A stretch of 64,000 nucleotides of DNA from Flavobacteriales bacterium (GTDB taxonomy: Bacteria; Bacteroidota; Bacteroidia; Flavobacteriales; JANQLC01), in NCBI GenBank assembly GCA_028280815.1, contig JANQLC010000022.1:1002-65001 (forward strand), written 5' to 3'. This document shows, one piece after another, positions 33,389 through 44,418 of the stretch (position 1 is its first letter; each line of letters opens with the position of its first letter). The notes beneath the pieces are model-generated. The model was not told the DNA's origin. It saw nothing but the letters and a program-made list of their open reading frames with translations, and made no database searches. Both the position numbers and the translations under genes were made by a program.

Positions 33389-33922
33389 ATGGATGACGTG
33401 CTTTCAAACCCCATGGAATTTTTAACGGGGATAGCCGTAGGCTTTTTACTGGGTTTCACCCTGTATTGGGTTACGCGTAGCAAAAAGGGTGAAGCCCAGC
33501 CGGTCACCCTGGCGAATAACCCCGAAAAAGAACGGTGGTTTACCCTGCAATTGCAGGCCTACGAGCGGGTGATCTTATTCTTAGAGCGCATCACACCCCA
33601 ACACCTCGTAAACCGCGAAAAGCCCCGAGCCAAAGGCGTGAAAGCCTACTACCTCCAACTGGTTCAGTCCATACAAAGCGAATACGAACACAACCTGACC
33701 CAACAATTGTACCTACCCGAGAAATCCTGGGAGCGCGTGGAAATCGTCAAAAATCAAATCGCAAACACCCTTTCCCAAACCCAGCAAAAAAACGAAGATA
33801 TACAACGCTTTCGGGAAGCGATCATCACCGATAGTCTGGCGCAAAACCCGCCGGTAAAAGCCTTGATCAAGGACTTGAAGCTCGAGCTCAAAAAAAGCGT
33901 ATTGCCCCACCTACGGGACTGA
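33389..33922 (+). CDS. Conserved Bacteroidota membrane-anchored hypothetical protein
   Basis: N-terminal TM helix; LQAYER..LFLERI, IQSEYEHNLTQQLY..W motif; TACATTTG box at 33377-33384. Confidence 0.8.
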   Translation: MDDVLSNPMEFLTGIAVGFLLGFTLYWVTRSKKGEAQPVTLANNPEKERWFTLQLQAYERVILFLERITPQHLVNREKPRAKGVKAYYLQLVQSIQSEYEHNLTQQLYLPEKSWERVEIVKNQIANTLSQTQQKNEDIQRFREAIITDSLAQNPPVKALIKDLKLELKKSVLPHLRD

Positions 33923-34942
33923 GGCACCTGAACCAAGGCATCGGTACAAACACCAAAAAAATAAGCCCTCACTTCCACGTGACAAAAGGACGGGATCAAA
34001 GGTATAGAGTTGGGGGCATCAGATTGTCCCACGGTGTAAAAACGAGGAAACAAATACTGCTCTTTAAACCCTTACAGCGGGGTAAACACAAAAGAGCTGT
34101 TTTTAAACCCATGCAAAGAGGGTTTTTACAGCTCATCGCTTAGTAAAAGTCAGCGAGACTGGCCACAGGACAAAAAAATAAGGCTCGGCTTTCAAATCGA
34201 CACACGGGAAAAAAACAAAAATACCCCTTTTCAGATCGCCAAATAAAGACGAAGAGATGGAGTTGGATTTTTTTAACCGCCCTGCGCGGAGAAATGGGAA
34301 AAATAAGTCTGGGCGCATCGACGCCGCATGCGAAACAAAGACGAGAAAAGCCCTTTTTTAAGGGCAATATGAAAGGGCAAGCGCCAAAAAACACCCTTCA
34401 CCTCTCAAAATCATCATAAGAGGTCAAGAGCAAAGGATAAGCCCCTTTTCAAATCGATTCGATACGCCTGTGGCCATCACCCGGGATACCGCAAAAGTAT
34501 TCCGACTGAGACGAATACACGACAGAGCTGCTACAGCCTCAGACAAAGCCAAAGGGATGCGTCTCCCTTTCCGAATCACCGAGCAAGAGCGAGAGATAAA
34601 AAAATGAGCGCAAACCCTCAAATCGACCCAAATGAACGAGAAAAACAGCCGACCGAAAACAAAGGCGTGTTTCACCTCTTTAAAGCCTGCTTTTAATCGA
34701 CCACCTGGACAAATGCCAAAAAAATGACGTCCCTTCTCGAGCCGAGACAAGCGGGAAAAAACAAGCTCTTTCCAGTCCACCCACAGGGCAGAAACAAAAA
34801 TAAATTCCCATTTCACAACTGCGTACGGCATTCCAAAACGAGCGCATGTTCCCGGTTTTCCAAATCGATTCACCGATCCCACAGCTATCCCACGCAGGGA
34901 TGCGCGCCGAAAAGCAGCTCGCTTTTCATATCTTTGTGTGAC

Positions 34943-37048
34943 ATGGCGTCGGATATTTTAAGCACCCCCATCGAATACCTAAAAGGCGTAGGCCCCAAGC
35001 GCGCTGAGCTCTTACAGCAGGAACTCGACATTTACACCTTTAGCGATTTGCTCTACTTCTTTCCCTATAAGTATCGCGATCGATCTCGAATTTACGCCGT
35101 TGCCGAGTTGTCGGATGCCCAAACGGAGGTACAGCTGTCGGTCCGATTTTCGGGCTGGGAAGAGATCGGCCAACGCAGCAAGAGGCGTTTGGTTGTTCGC
35201 GCTTTTGACCGCAGTGGGGCTGTAACCCTGGTCTGGTTTAAAGGCATCCGGTGGGTCGAGTCCCAACTCCAGCTGAACACCCCTTATATCGTCTTTGGCA
35301 AGCCCTCGGCATTCCAGGGAAAAATCAACCTCATACACCCCGAAATACAGCCCCTGGCCACCTATGAAAAAGAGAAATTCGGCAGCTTTCAGCCGCTTTA
35401 CAGCAGCACGGAAAAGCTGGTCGAGGCACAGCTGACCAACCGCGTCTTCAACGCGATGGTAAAAAATCTGATCCCAAGCGTCCAACCCTGCATTCGCGAG
35501 AGTCTATCCCCCGATTTGCGGAGAGAATTCTCGCTGTTGGACAAGGGGGAAGCCTTGCGGGAAATCCACTTTCCCACCGCTTTGGCGACGTTGGAGCGGG
35601 CCCGATTTCGCCTCAAATTTGAAGAGCTCTTCTACATCCAGCTCAGCCTGCTCTACAACCAGAACTACACCCACCAAAAATCTGTGGGATTCCGCTTTCC
35701 CGAGATCGGAGAGCGCTTCCATAGGTTTTACAAAGACCGGTTGAGTTTTGAACTGACCCATGCACAAAAACACGTGTTAAAGGAGATCCGTCGCGATGTC
35801 AACACCGGTCATCAGATGAACCGGCTCTTACAAGGCGATGTGGGCAGCGGAAAGACCGTCGTGGCATTTATGAGTATTCTAATGGCTTTGGACAACGGTT
35901 TTCAAGCTGCGCTGATGGCACCGACAGAAATTTTGGCCCAACAGCATTTTCAATCCCTGAAAACCCATGCCCAGGGGCTCGACATCTCGGTTGGATTGCT
36001 CACCAGCGCCACCCAAAAAAAGCGGAGAGACGAAATCCTGAGCGCTTTACAAAGCGGGGAGTTAAAACTGATCACCGGTACGCATGCCCTGATTCAGGAA
36101 GCCGTACAATTTAAAAATTTAGGCCTGGCCATCGTCGATGAGCAGCACAAATTTGGCGTAGGGCAACGCGCTGAGCTCTGGAAAAAAAACAATCCCACCC
36201 CCCATATATTGGTCATGACGGCCACACCCATACCCCGCACCTTAGCCATGAGCCTATACGGCGATTTGGACGTCTCGGTTATCGACGAGCTGCCACCGGG
36301 GCGAAAGCCGATAGAAACCCACCACCAACGCGATGGCAACCGCTTGAAGGTATTCGCTTTCCTCAAAAGACAAATCGACCTCGGACGTCAGGTTTACGTC
36401 GTCTATCCGCTCATCGAAGAATCCAAAAATTTCGATTTGAAAGACCTGATGGACGGTTGTGAAAGCCTGAGCCGTTATTTCCCCCCACCGACCTATCAGT
36501 TGAGCATCGTACACGGACAGATGAAAGCACAGGACAAGGCATACGAAATGCAGCGCTTTGTCAAAGGTGAAACCCAGATCATGGTGGCGACGACGGTGAT
36601 TGAAGTCGGCGTAGACGTACCCAACGCCTCGGTTATGGTCATTGAAAGCGCCGAGCGCTTTGGACTTTCACAGCTGCACCAACTCCGCGGACGCGTTGGG
36701 CGGGGTAGCGACAAATCGCACTGCATACTGATGACCCGCGATGACTTGGGCGCGGATTCCCGGGCGCGCATACAAACCCTGTTGCGGACGCAAAACGGTT
36801 TTGAGATCGCCGAGGCCGACTTAAAATTCCGGGGGCCCGGGGATTTGATGGGCAAACAACAGAGCGGCGTATTGCAAACCAAAATTGCCAATATCGCACG
36901 AGATGGGGATATCATGTACCGAGCACGGGTGGCGGCACGGCGCATACTGCGCGAAGACGGGGGATTAGACGCAGCCAAAAACCGCGTGATCAAGCGCGTT
37001 TTTCAGCAGTTGCAAAGAGAAAATGTAAAGTGGAACCAAATCAGTTGA
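34943..37048 (+). CDS. recG: ATP-dependent DNA helicase RecG
   Basis: LKGVGPKRA, RLLQGDVGSGKT, DEQHKFG, MTATPIPRT, QLHQLRGRVGRG. Start moved to ATG 34943 (after TATCTTTG at 34929-34936). Confidence 0.96.
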   Translation: MASDILSTPIEYLKGVGPKRAELLQQELDIYTFSDLLYFFPYKYRDRSRIYAVAELSDAQTEVQLSVRFSGWEEIGQRSKRRLVVRAFDRSGAVTLVWFKGIRWVESQLQLNTPYIVFGKPSAFQGKINLIHPEIQPLATYEKEKFGSFQPLYSSTEKLVEAQLTNRVFNAMVKNLIPSVQPCIRESLSPDLRREFSLLDKGEALREIHFPTALATLERARFRLKFEELFYIQLSLLYNQNYTHQKSVGFRFPEIGERFHRFYKDRLSFELTHAQKHVLKEIRRDVNTGHQMNRLLQGDVGSGKTVVAFMSILMALDNGFQAALMAPTEILAQQHFQSLKTHAQGLDISVGLLTSATQKKRRDEILSALQSGELKLITGTHALIQEAVQFKNLGLAIVDEQHKFGVGQRAELWKKNNPTPHILVMTATPIPRTLAMSLYGDLDVSVIDELPPGRKPIETHHQRDGNRLKVFAFLKRQIDLGRQVYVVYPLIEESKNFDLKDLMDGCESLSRYFPPPTYQLSIVHGQMKAQDKAYEMQRFVKGETQIMVATTVIEVGVDVPNASVMVIESAERFGLSQLHQLRGRVGRGSDKSHCILMTRDDLGADSRARIQTLLRTQNGFEIAEADLKFRGPGDLMGKQQSGVLQTKIANIARDGDIMYRARVAARRILREDGGLDAAKNRVIKRVFQQLQRENVKWNQIS

Positions 37049-37126
37049 TCCTCTCTCTACAAAGGGCGGGTTTTCGCTATGCACACCAGTTCGTAGCTTT
37101 GTCTCCATCGGTTCAAACAAAAGCCC

Positions 37127-39547
37127 GTGAAAATATCCTACAATTGGCTCAAAAGCTTTATCGACATCGACCACGGCTCAGCGGAGACCACCGACACATT
37201 GACGGATCTGGGTCTTGAAGTAGTCGCTGTGACGCCCTTTGAATCCATACCGGGCGGCTTGGAAGGGCTCGTGGTGGGCCAGGTCAAATCGGTTGAGCCA
37301 CATCCGAACGCCGATCGGCTCAAGTGCACCCGAGTGGATGTGGGGGGGGGTACCGAATTGCAAATCATATGTGGTGCGCCCAATGTGGCAGCGGGGCAAA
37401 GCGTCGCCGTAGCTCCCCCAGGCAGCCGCTTATGCGATAGGGCGGGAAAACGCTTTGCGATCGAGACGCGCGAACTGCGCGGCCTGCGCTCCGAAGGCAT
37501 GATCTGTGCAGGAGCTGAAATCGGGCTCAGTGCCGACTCAGACGGCATTTTGGTCTTGGCTGAAGCGTATCCGGCCGGTACGCCCCTCTCCGATGTATTC
37601 GAGCTGGAAATGGATACCCGCATCGAAATCGAGTTGACCCCCAACCGCGCCGATGCCATGTCCCACTGGGGTGTCGCGCGCGACCTAAACGCCCGTCTCC
37701 TACTCCAGGGCGAAAAGACTAAGCTGCGCCGGCCCAGTGTGAGCGCTTACCGACGAGATCGGGACGAGCGCCCCATAGGAATAAGGGTAACCGCTGCGGC
37801 CCAAGCGCCGCGCTACGCGGGTGTCGTACTGTCCGGCTTGCAGATAAAGCCCGCGCCCAAATGGCTGGAAAACCGGTTAAAAGCCATTGGCTTAAAGCCG
37901 GTCAACAATGTGGTGGACGTGACCAATTACGTCTTACACGGGCTGGGGCAGCCCCTACACGCTTACGATTACCATGCGATCAGAGGCGGTAAAATACGTG
38001 TGACAACCGCAGTCGAAGATGCCGAACTGCTGACCTTAGACGGAATCACCCGAAAGCTATACCCCGAAGACTTGGTGATTTGCGATGCTGAAAAACCGAT
38101 GGGCATCGCAGGTGTAATGGGTGGCTGGCACAGCCGCGTGACAGCTGAAACGACTAAAATCTTTATGGAGAGCGCCTACTTCAACCCGGTTTCCATACGA
38201 AAGACGGCCCGGCGGCACGGTTTGCACACCGATTCTTCGTTCCGATTCGAGCGCGGTATCGACCCGAACAACACCCTTTACGCCTTGCAATACGCTGCGC
38301 TCTTGCTAAAGGAAATGGCCGGTGCCCAAATTGGGCCCCTTTGCGACCACTACCCCGAGGCAATCCCCAACCACAGGGTCGTCGTAAACCCAAGCCGGAT
38401 CAACCGACTGCTCGGCGAAGCAATCCCGAGCAAAGCCGTCAAACAGATCCTGCGCGCACTGGAAATTGAAGTGACGACCGAATCGGAAGACCGGTTGGAA
38501 TTGGAGATTCCGGCTTACCGCATAGATGTGACGCGAGAGGCAGATATAGCGGAAGAGGTCTTACGGATACATGGATACAACCACATCTCGACCCCCAGCA
38601 CATACCACATTGCGCCATCTCATGAGCGAGATAGCACCAGCGCGCTTCAGGAGCGCATGGCCGAACAGCTCGCCGCCCTCGGATTTCAGGAAATGATGGG
38701 CGTGTCGCTCAACCGTTCGGATTACAGCACCTATTCCACAACGCTTTCCCAGTCGGGAGCGATCGCCATCTCAAATCCGCTGAGCCGAGACTTGGACAGC
38801 CTGCGCCAAACCTTGATCTTCGGTGCGCTCGAAGCGGTCTCCCAAAACCTAAAACACCAAAACCACCACTTGAAGCTATTTGAATTGGGAAGGGTTTACA
38901 ACCGATTCGAAGGGGCATGGGTTGAAGAACGGAGAATCGGTTTAACCCTTTGCGGCCAAAGAATGCCGGAATCCTGGTATGTAAAAACCGGCCCTGCGGA
39001 TTTCTTTTATTTAAAAGGTTACCTCAAAGCCTTACTCGAGAAGTCGGGGATTACAGCTTTGACATACCGGGCTCTGGAATCCGACATTTTTTCTGAAGGC
39101 TTGCAGCTGTACGCAGGGGAAGAGGCGATTGGAAACATGGGCCGCATCTGTCCGAGCTTGTGCAAAGAGTTTGATTTAGGAGTAGCGGTATGGGCCGCTG
39201 AATTGAGCTTGGAAGCAATCTCAGCCCAGCGCAGGAGCGTATTGCGTTTTCAAGCCCTGCCCAAATACCCGGCGGTTCGCAGGGATTTGGCACTGCTGCT
39301 GCCGGAAGAAGCGAAATTTTCAGCCGTGAAAGCAATCGCTTTTGAAACCGACCGAAAACGCTTGAAAACGGTAGAGCTCTTCGATGTGTATCGCGACAAA
39401 AACCTACCGGCGGGCACAAAATCCTATGCGGTGCGCTTCAGCTTTCAGGATGCGCAGGCCACGCTAACCGACGAGCGGGTCGATGCCATCATGGTCGAGC
39501 TGGTCAAGCGCTATGTGTCAAAGCTCCACGCCAGGCTGCGGTCATAA
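37127..39547 (+). CDS. pheT: Phenylalanine-tRNA ligase beta subunit
   Basis: MKISYNWL, HPNADRL, CGAPNV, TPNRADAMSH, FRFERG, YPAVRRDLA. Confidence 0.97.
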   Translation: MKISYNWLKSFIDIDHGSAETTDTLTDLGLEVVAVTPFESIPGGLEGLVVGQVKSVEPHPNADRLKCTRVDVGGGTELQIICGAPNVAAGQSVAVAPPGSRLCDRAGKRFAIETRELRGLRSEGMICAGAEIGLSADSDGILVLAEAYPAGTPLSDVFELEMDTRIEIELTPNRADAMSHWGVARDLNARLLLQGEKTKLRRPSVSAYRRDRDERPIGIRVTAAAQAPRYAGVVLSGLQIKPAPKWLENRLKAIGLKPVNNVVDVTNYVLHGLGQPLHAYDYHAIRGGKIRVTTAVEDAELLTLDGITRKLYPEDLVICDAEKPMGIAGVMGGWHSRVTAETTKIFMESAYFNPVSIRKTARRHGLHTDSSFRFERGIDPNNTLYALQYAALLLKEMAGAQIGPLCDHYPEAIPNHRVVVNPSRINRLLGEAIPSKAVKQILRALEIEVTTESEDRLELEIPAYRIDVTREADIAEEVLRIHGYNHISTPSTYHIAPSHERDSTSALQERMAEQLAALGFQEMMGVSLNRSDYSTYSTTLSQSGAIAISNPLSRDLDSLRQTLIFGALEAVSQNLKHQNHHLKLFELGRVYNRFEGAWVEERRIGLTLCGQRMPESWYVKTGPADFFYLKGYLKALLEKSGITALTYRALESDIFSEGLQLYAGEEAIGNMGRICPSLCKEFDLGVAVWAAELSLEAISAQRRSVLRFQALPKYPAVRRDLALLLPEEAKFSAVKAIAFETDRKRLKTVELFDVYRDKNLPAGTKSYAVRFSFQDAQATLTDERVDAIMVELVKRYVSKLHARLRS

Positions 39548-40115
39548 TGACTTCAGCATTTTTAATCCACGTAAAAGTCAAAGTCAAAAAACAAACCAAA
39601 CAAATGACGAGCACCCAAAAAACATTCCTTTTCAACCCTTCAAATGACTTCAGCATTTTTAATCCACGTAAAAGTCAAAGTCAAAAAACAAATCAAACAA
39701 ATGACGAGCATCTAAAAGTACCCCCCTTTTCAAACCTTTAGTTGAGAACAAAGAGCAAGGTCAATTCTACGAATTTACCGCAACGGACGGAATGACAATA
39801 CTCAGAGACCCATGCACAGCCGACAACCTCGCTAAGAATCGAATGACGAGCACCCAAAAAACGCTCCTTTTCAACCCTTCAATTGAGAACAAAGAGCAAG
39901 GTCAATTCTGCGAGTTTATCGCAACGGACGGAATGACAATACTCAGAGACCCATGCACAGCCGACAACCTTGCTAAGAATCGAATGACGAGCACCCAAAA
40001 AACGCTCCTTTTCAACCCTTCAATTGAGAACAAAGAGGCAAGGTCAATTCTGCGAGTTTATTGCAACGGACGGAATGACAATACTCAGAGATCCATGCAC
40101 AGCCGACAGCCTTGT
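39546..40115. repeat. Composite tandem repeat: 2 x 97 bp followed by ~2.7 x 141 bp, sharing a ~40 bp core
   Basis: 97-bp unit starts at 39546 and 39643; 141-bp unit starts at ~39742, 39883 and 40024; core AATGACGAGCACCCAAAAAAC(G/A)(C/T)TCCTTTTCAACCCTTCAA at 39603, 39700 (diverged), 39842 and 39983. Confidence 0.95.
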
Positions 40116-40482
40116 TAAAAACCAGCGGAGCCGACTACAGGGCAAAATCAAAGGACGAGGCCCTTTTCAGATACGTCCGATTGGATAGTCCCTGGGATTG
40201 CTCCCCTGTAAGGGTTACACAGCACGGAAACAGAAAACGACATCTCCTCTCAGGCTGTCCCACAGGGATAGACGCAAAAGAAGAAACCGCACTTCCAATC
40301 TCTTTCCGTATCGAGAGCTGTAGCGCTTTATTTGATACCAGACCGAAGAGGTGTGAATAGGGAAGACAAATCCAGCTAAACCACTTGTGGCAAGTGTGTA
40401 GGGATCAAAACCCTGAGAGGCGCAATGCGGGATAGAAGGATCAAGCGGTTCACAAGCCTTTTTACCAAAACGAGTCGCTGTA

Positions 40483-41988
40483 TCAAAAAGGCAAGGCGTC
40501 TAGGTCATCACCCCCTGGGGGGACTTCATAATTAGAGGGCAGTTCCATTTGGTTGAGCTTGGAGTCGAGCAAGACCGCCTCCCCATCTGACTCCAAATCC
40601 TCAAAGAGCGCCATTTCAGGGATGAACTTTAAGCGCACATTGGCCGTTTTACCGTTGCGGTGTTTGGCGATGATCAACTCAGCTTGATTTTGAGCCGGCG
40701 AGCCCACATCGTCATCCCATTCCAAAATATGGTAGTACTCGGGCCGATAGATAAAGCCCACGATATCGGCATCCTGTTCAATGGCCCCCGACTCTCGCAA
40801 ATCGGATAATTGGGGGCGTTTGGTTCCGCCTCGGGTCTCCACTGCACGGGAGAGCTGCGACAAGGCGATGACCGGCACGTTCAGCTCTTTGGCAATGGAT
40901 TTCAAGTTCCGAGATATGCTGGCGATCTCCTGCTCCCGATTGCCCCCTTTGGTCGTAGTTCTCGTAGTCATCAGCTGTAGGTAATCGACGATGATCAGCT
41001 GTACGTCCTGCTGCGAAACCAAACGCCGACACTTGGCACGCAGGTCAAAAATCGAGAGTGCAGGGGTGTCGTCTATAAAGATGGGCGCGTTTTGCAAATG
41101 CTTGATCTCGCCGTGCAACCGCTTCCATTCGGAATCGGTTAGATCACCCCTTCGCAACTTTTCAGCAGATAAGCCGGTTTCACTGGAAATCAGTCGCGTA
41201 ATCAGTTGAACCGAAGACATTTCGAGGGAGAAAATCGCAACGGGAACACCATATCGAATGGCGATGTTCTTCGCCATGGTGAGCATAAAAGCGGTTTTAC
41301 CCATGCCCGGACGCGCTGCTAGAATGACCAAATCGGAAGGCTGCCAGCCACTGGTGACCCGATCCACAGCGGCAAAGCCCGAGGAAATTCCGCTGAGCCC
41401 TTCCCGCTTGCTCATCTTCTCAATTTTTTCGATGGCTTGACGGATCAGTGAGTCAGCGGACTCAAAGTGCCGCTTCAGGTTTCCGCTGGTGATCTCAAAC
41501 AGCTTGTTCTCAGCCTCGTCTAAGAGCTGGAAAATATCGGTCTCATCCCGGTACGCATTTTCTATGATTTCACTGGAAACCGCTATCAGCTTGCGGAGAA
41601 TATATTTTTGAAGGACGATCCGGCTGTGGTATTCGATGTGTGCGCTAGAAGAGACGCGATTGGTGAGCTGCACCAAGTAATACGATCCGCCGATGGCGTC
41701 CAAGAGATTCTTCTTCTTCAATTCATTGGTCACCGTGAGCAAGTCGACAGGCTCGTTGGCTTGAAACAAACCCAAAATAGCCGCAAATATATCCCGGTGT
41801 GAATCCCTGTAAAAAACCTCAGGTGTGAGGATGTCGATAACCTCATCCAAGGCGCGCTTGTCGATCAATAAGGCGCCGAGCACCACCTCTTCCAAATCGA
41901 CTGCCTGTGGCGGTAACTTGGCTTGTTGCAAATCGACCAGCCGGCCGGTATCCCCGGTGAACCCAGGAGCACTACTCTTCGCTTCCAC
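40483..41988 (-). CDS. dnaB: Replicative DNA helicase
   Basis: LPPQAVDLEE, LAARPGMGKT, VDYLQLM, LSQLSR, DLRESGAIEQDAD. GTG start proposed after TATATTTG box (41994-42001). Confidence 0.96.
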   Translation of the reverse strand: MEAKSSAPGFTGDTGRLVDLQQAKLPPQAVDLEEVVLGALLIDKRALDEVIDILTPEVFYRDSHRDIFAAILGLFQANEPVDLLTVTNELKKKNLLDAIGGSYYLVQLTNRVSSSAHIEYHSRIVLQKYILRKLIAVSSEIIENAYRDETDIFQLLDEAENKLFEITSGNLKRHFESADSLIRQAIEKIEKMSKREGLSGISSGFAAVDRVTSGWQPSDLVILAARPGMGKTAFMLTMAKNIAIRYGVPVAIFSLEMSSVQLITRLISSETGLSAEKLRRGDLTDSEWKRLHGEIKHLQNAPIFIDDTPALSIFDLRAKCRRLVSQQDVQLIIVDYLQLMTTRTTTKGGNREQEIASISRNLKSIAKELNVPVIALSQLSRAVETRGGTKRPQLSDLRESGAIEQDADIVGFIYRPEYYHILEWDDDVGSPAQNQAELIIAKHRNGKTANVRLKFIPEMALFEDLESDGEAVLLDSKLNQMELPSNYEVPPGGDDLDALPF

Positions 41989-42101
41989 GGGAGCAAATAT
42001 AAGGATTGACCCAATTTTTTTCAACCGGGATGCGGGCAGCCGGCCGATTGATTTCCAGCGTGGAGAACAAGTCGAAAGAGTCCGAGTTTTTCGGCCTTGC
42101 C

Positions 42102-43058
42102 CTAGTGCTCTCTGTATGCAGCCATTTTGTAAAACTTGGCCCGCCTGAGCGCGATCCGCCGCTCGGGCTTCAGCTTTGACAATTCACCTACCGCCTGCAA
42201 CAGGGTGGTTTTCACAGCTCGGAAAACCGCCTCTTTATCTCGATGTGCGCCGCCTTGCGGCTCTTGGACAATTCCATCGATCAAATGGTGGTTTAGCATG
42301 TCTTTGGGGGTGAGTTTAAGGGCCTCAGCAGCCGCCTCTTTAAAATCCCAGCTGTGCCACAAAATAGCGCTACAAGATTCAGGTGAAATAACGGAATACC
42401 AGGTGTTTTCAAGCATATATACCGCATCCGCAACGCCGATACCCAAGGCCCCACCCGAAGCGCCTTCACCGATTACGACAGCCACTACAGGAACCTGTAA
42501 AGAACTCATCTCCATTATGTTTCGCGCTATTGCCTCCCCCTGACCGCGCTCTTCTGCTTCGAGTCCTGGATAAGCCCCTGGCGTATCGATCAGCGTTGCG
42601 ATGGGAATGCCGAATTTTTCCGCGAGGTGAAAGAGCCGCAAGGCCTTGCGATACCCCTCGGGGTTGGGCATTCCAAAATTTCTGTATTGGCGCATTTTCG
42701 TATTCGATCCCTTCTGTTGTCCGACAAATAGAATCGACTGCTTCCCCACCCTGCCAATCCCACCCACTATGGCCTTGTCGTCTCCGGAGACTCGGTCTCC
42801 GTGCAATTCGATGAAATGGCCTTCGGTCAGGCTTTGAATGTAGTCCAGGGTATGGGGCCGGGCAACGTGGCGGGATAATTGTACGCGTTGCCAGGGGGAT
42901 AGGCTGCCGTATATCTTATCCTTTGTCTTTTGCAATTTGGCTTCGATCTGCTCACAGGTGTGTTTTACATCCACATCGCTCTGCTTGCCGATGCGTCTGC
43001 ACTTGACCAACTGCTCCTCCAAGTCTTGGATGGGTTGCTCGAAATCTAAATAATCCAT
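42102..43058 (-). CDS. accA: Acetyl-CoA carboxylase carboxyltransferase alpha
   Basis: [40 protein letters not shown]. Confidence 0.97.
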   Translation of the reverse strand: MDYLDFEQPIQDLEEQLVKCRRIGKQSDVDVKHTCEQIEAKLQKTKDKIYGSLSPWQRVQLSRHVARPHTLDYIQSLTEGHFIELHGDRVSGDDKAIVGGIGRVGKQSILFVGQQKGSNTKMRQYRNFGMPNPEGYRKALRLFHLAEKFGIPIATLIDTPGAYPGLEAEERGQGEAIARNIMEMSSLQVPVVAVVIGEGASGGALGIGVADAVYMLENTWYSVISPESCSAILWHSWDFKEAAAEALKLTPKDMLNHHLIDGIVQEPQGGAHRDKEAVFRAVKTTLLQAVGELSKLKPERRIALRRAKFYKMAAYREH

Positions 43059-43197
43059 AGCGCTTAGGTTTCTGCAAATTTATGCATTGGTGCCTGTCTT
43101 TTGATGAAACGCGGTCTTGAGCCCTGGCTTTTTGCAGCGATTGGACAGCGGAGAAGTACCGTGGCGAGTCCAATTTTGTTGCGATCCGAGTAGGCGA

Positions 43198-44289
43198 TCA
43201 CCGCTTGGCATCTAAGTATAGGTATATCGCAATGAGACCAAAGCTAAAATTGGGTATCCAAGAAGATACAAATGGACTGACGGCACCGCCCACCACAAAT
43301 GCATCCGAGACCTGCATGAGGTAGATATATACAAAGGCCAAAGACAAGCCTACTGCTATGTTAACGCCTATACCCCCTCTTCTTTTTCGAGCGCATAGCG
43401 CAACGGCGATAAGGGTCAATACATAAGAAGACATGGGCATAGCCGTTCGGCGATTCATCTCGAGTTGGTGCATATAAAGGCGGTCGGAGCTCCGGGCTCG
43501 CTCCCTGGCGATAAACCGCTTGAGCTGCGGATAGGTCAAGGTCTCGGCTTCATAGGATTTGATCAATATGTCGGAGGGCAAAAAGTGAAAGATCGTATCC
43601 ATGACCCGCCCTGATCGCAACAGATCGCTATCGGGCTTCACGATTCGAAGCCTGTAATTTCTCAATCTGTAGGGCTTGCGTGTATCTGTCTTTCTATATG
43701 CAATAGAACTACTGGAAATCTTTACCTCAATCTTGTCACCGTCCAACCGCTCATAGATAAAATCGTATCCAATATTTCGTTTACGGTTGTATCTGCCAAA
43801 AAAGACATACTCATTCTCGCTGATTTTTCTAGCGATGTCATGGGTTTCAATCAGCTTATTTTTAAGGCTTTGAGAGTTGAGATAGGCGTACTCAAAGCGA
43901 TTGCGAAACCGATTGGATAGGGGCAACACAAAGTGGTTTAAACAAAGTGCTACGAGGGCCAGGATGGAGGCGCTTATCAGGTAGGGCAGCAAAAAGCGAT
44001 CAAATCGAATGCCACTTGATAGTATGGCTATAACCTCGTTGTTATCCGTCATCTTAGAAGTGAAAAAAATCACCGAGATAAATACGACCATCGGCATGAA
44101 TAAACTCCCGTAGAAAAGTGAAAAATGTATATAATAAGTCGCTATCTCCCCAAATCCCAAGTCGTTTTCCAGAAATTTACCGAGCTTTTCCGACAGGTTG
44201 ATGACGATTGTGATCAGCAGCAGCATCAAGAGCACGAATAAGAATGTGCTCAGAAATTTCCGGATGATATATCTATCGATAATTTTCAC
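43198..44289 (-). CDS. LptF/LptG family LPS export permease
   Basis: KIIDRYII, NNEVIAILSSG, six TM helices, RKRRGG; GTG start. Confidence 0.9.
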   Translation of the reverse strand: MKIIDRYIIRKFLSTFLFVLLMLLLITIVINLSEKLGKFLENDLGFGEIATYYIHFSLFYGSLFMPMVVFISVIFFTSKMTDNNEVIAILSSGIRFDRFLLPYLISASILALVALCLNHFVLPLSNRFRNRFEYAYLNSQSLKNKLIETHDIARKISENEYVFFGRYNRKRNIGYDFIYERLDGDKIEVKISSSSIAYRKTDTRKPYRLRNYRLRIVKPDSDLLRSGRVMDTIFHFLPSDILIKSYEAETLTYPQLKRFIARERARSSDRLYMHQLEMNRRTAMPMSSYVLTLIAVALCARKRRGGIGVNIAVGLSLAFVYIYLMQVSDAFVVGGAVSPFVSSWIPNFSFGLIAIYLYLDAKR

Positions 44290-44418
44290 AAGCGTCGCCG
44301 GCTTTTTTTTATCCCCCCACAAATGGCTGCGCCACCCCCTATCGATCAAAACTGTAAAGATACGGCTTGTAAAAAAATCTATCGTAGCTTTAGACCTGGA
44401 ACCAAATCGCAACTACTC

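Noticed and set aside
33970-33985. parS-like site ACTTCCACGTGACAAA
   Set aside because: About four mismatches to the TGTTNCACGTGNAACA palindrome; outer arms are not symmetric
37342-37350. G9 tract in pheT as a phase-variation switch
   Set aside because: Encodes a Gly run in an essential, in-frame gene
39546-40115. CRISPR array (a ~40-bp core recurring four times)
   Set aside because: The intervening sequences are themselves repeated and of two lengths (57 and ~100 bp); no cas genes in the window
39792-40118. Repeat-protein ORF from the 141-bp (47-codon) unit
   Set aside because: The third copy carries a 1-nt insertion, the 97-bp unit is not a multiple of 3, and no protein-like features are evident
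44286-44418. tgt C-terminal remnant (...RRRL-stop overlapping the GTG of the LptF/G gene)
   Set aside because: Only a few residues; cannot be distinguished from chance
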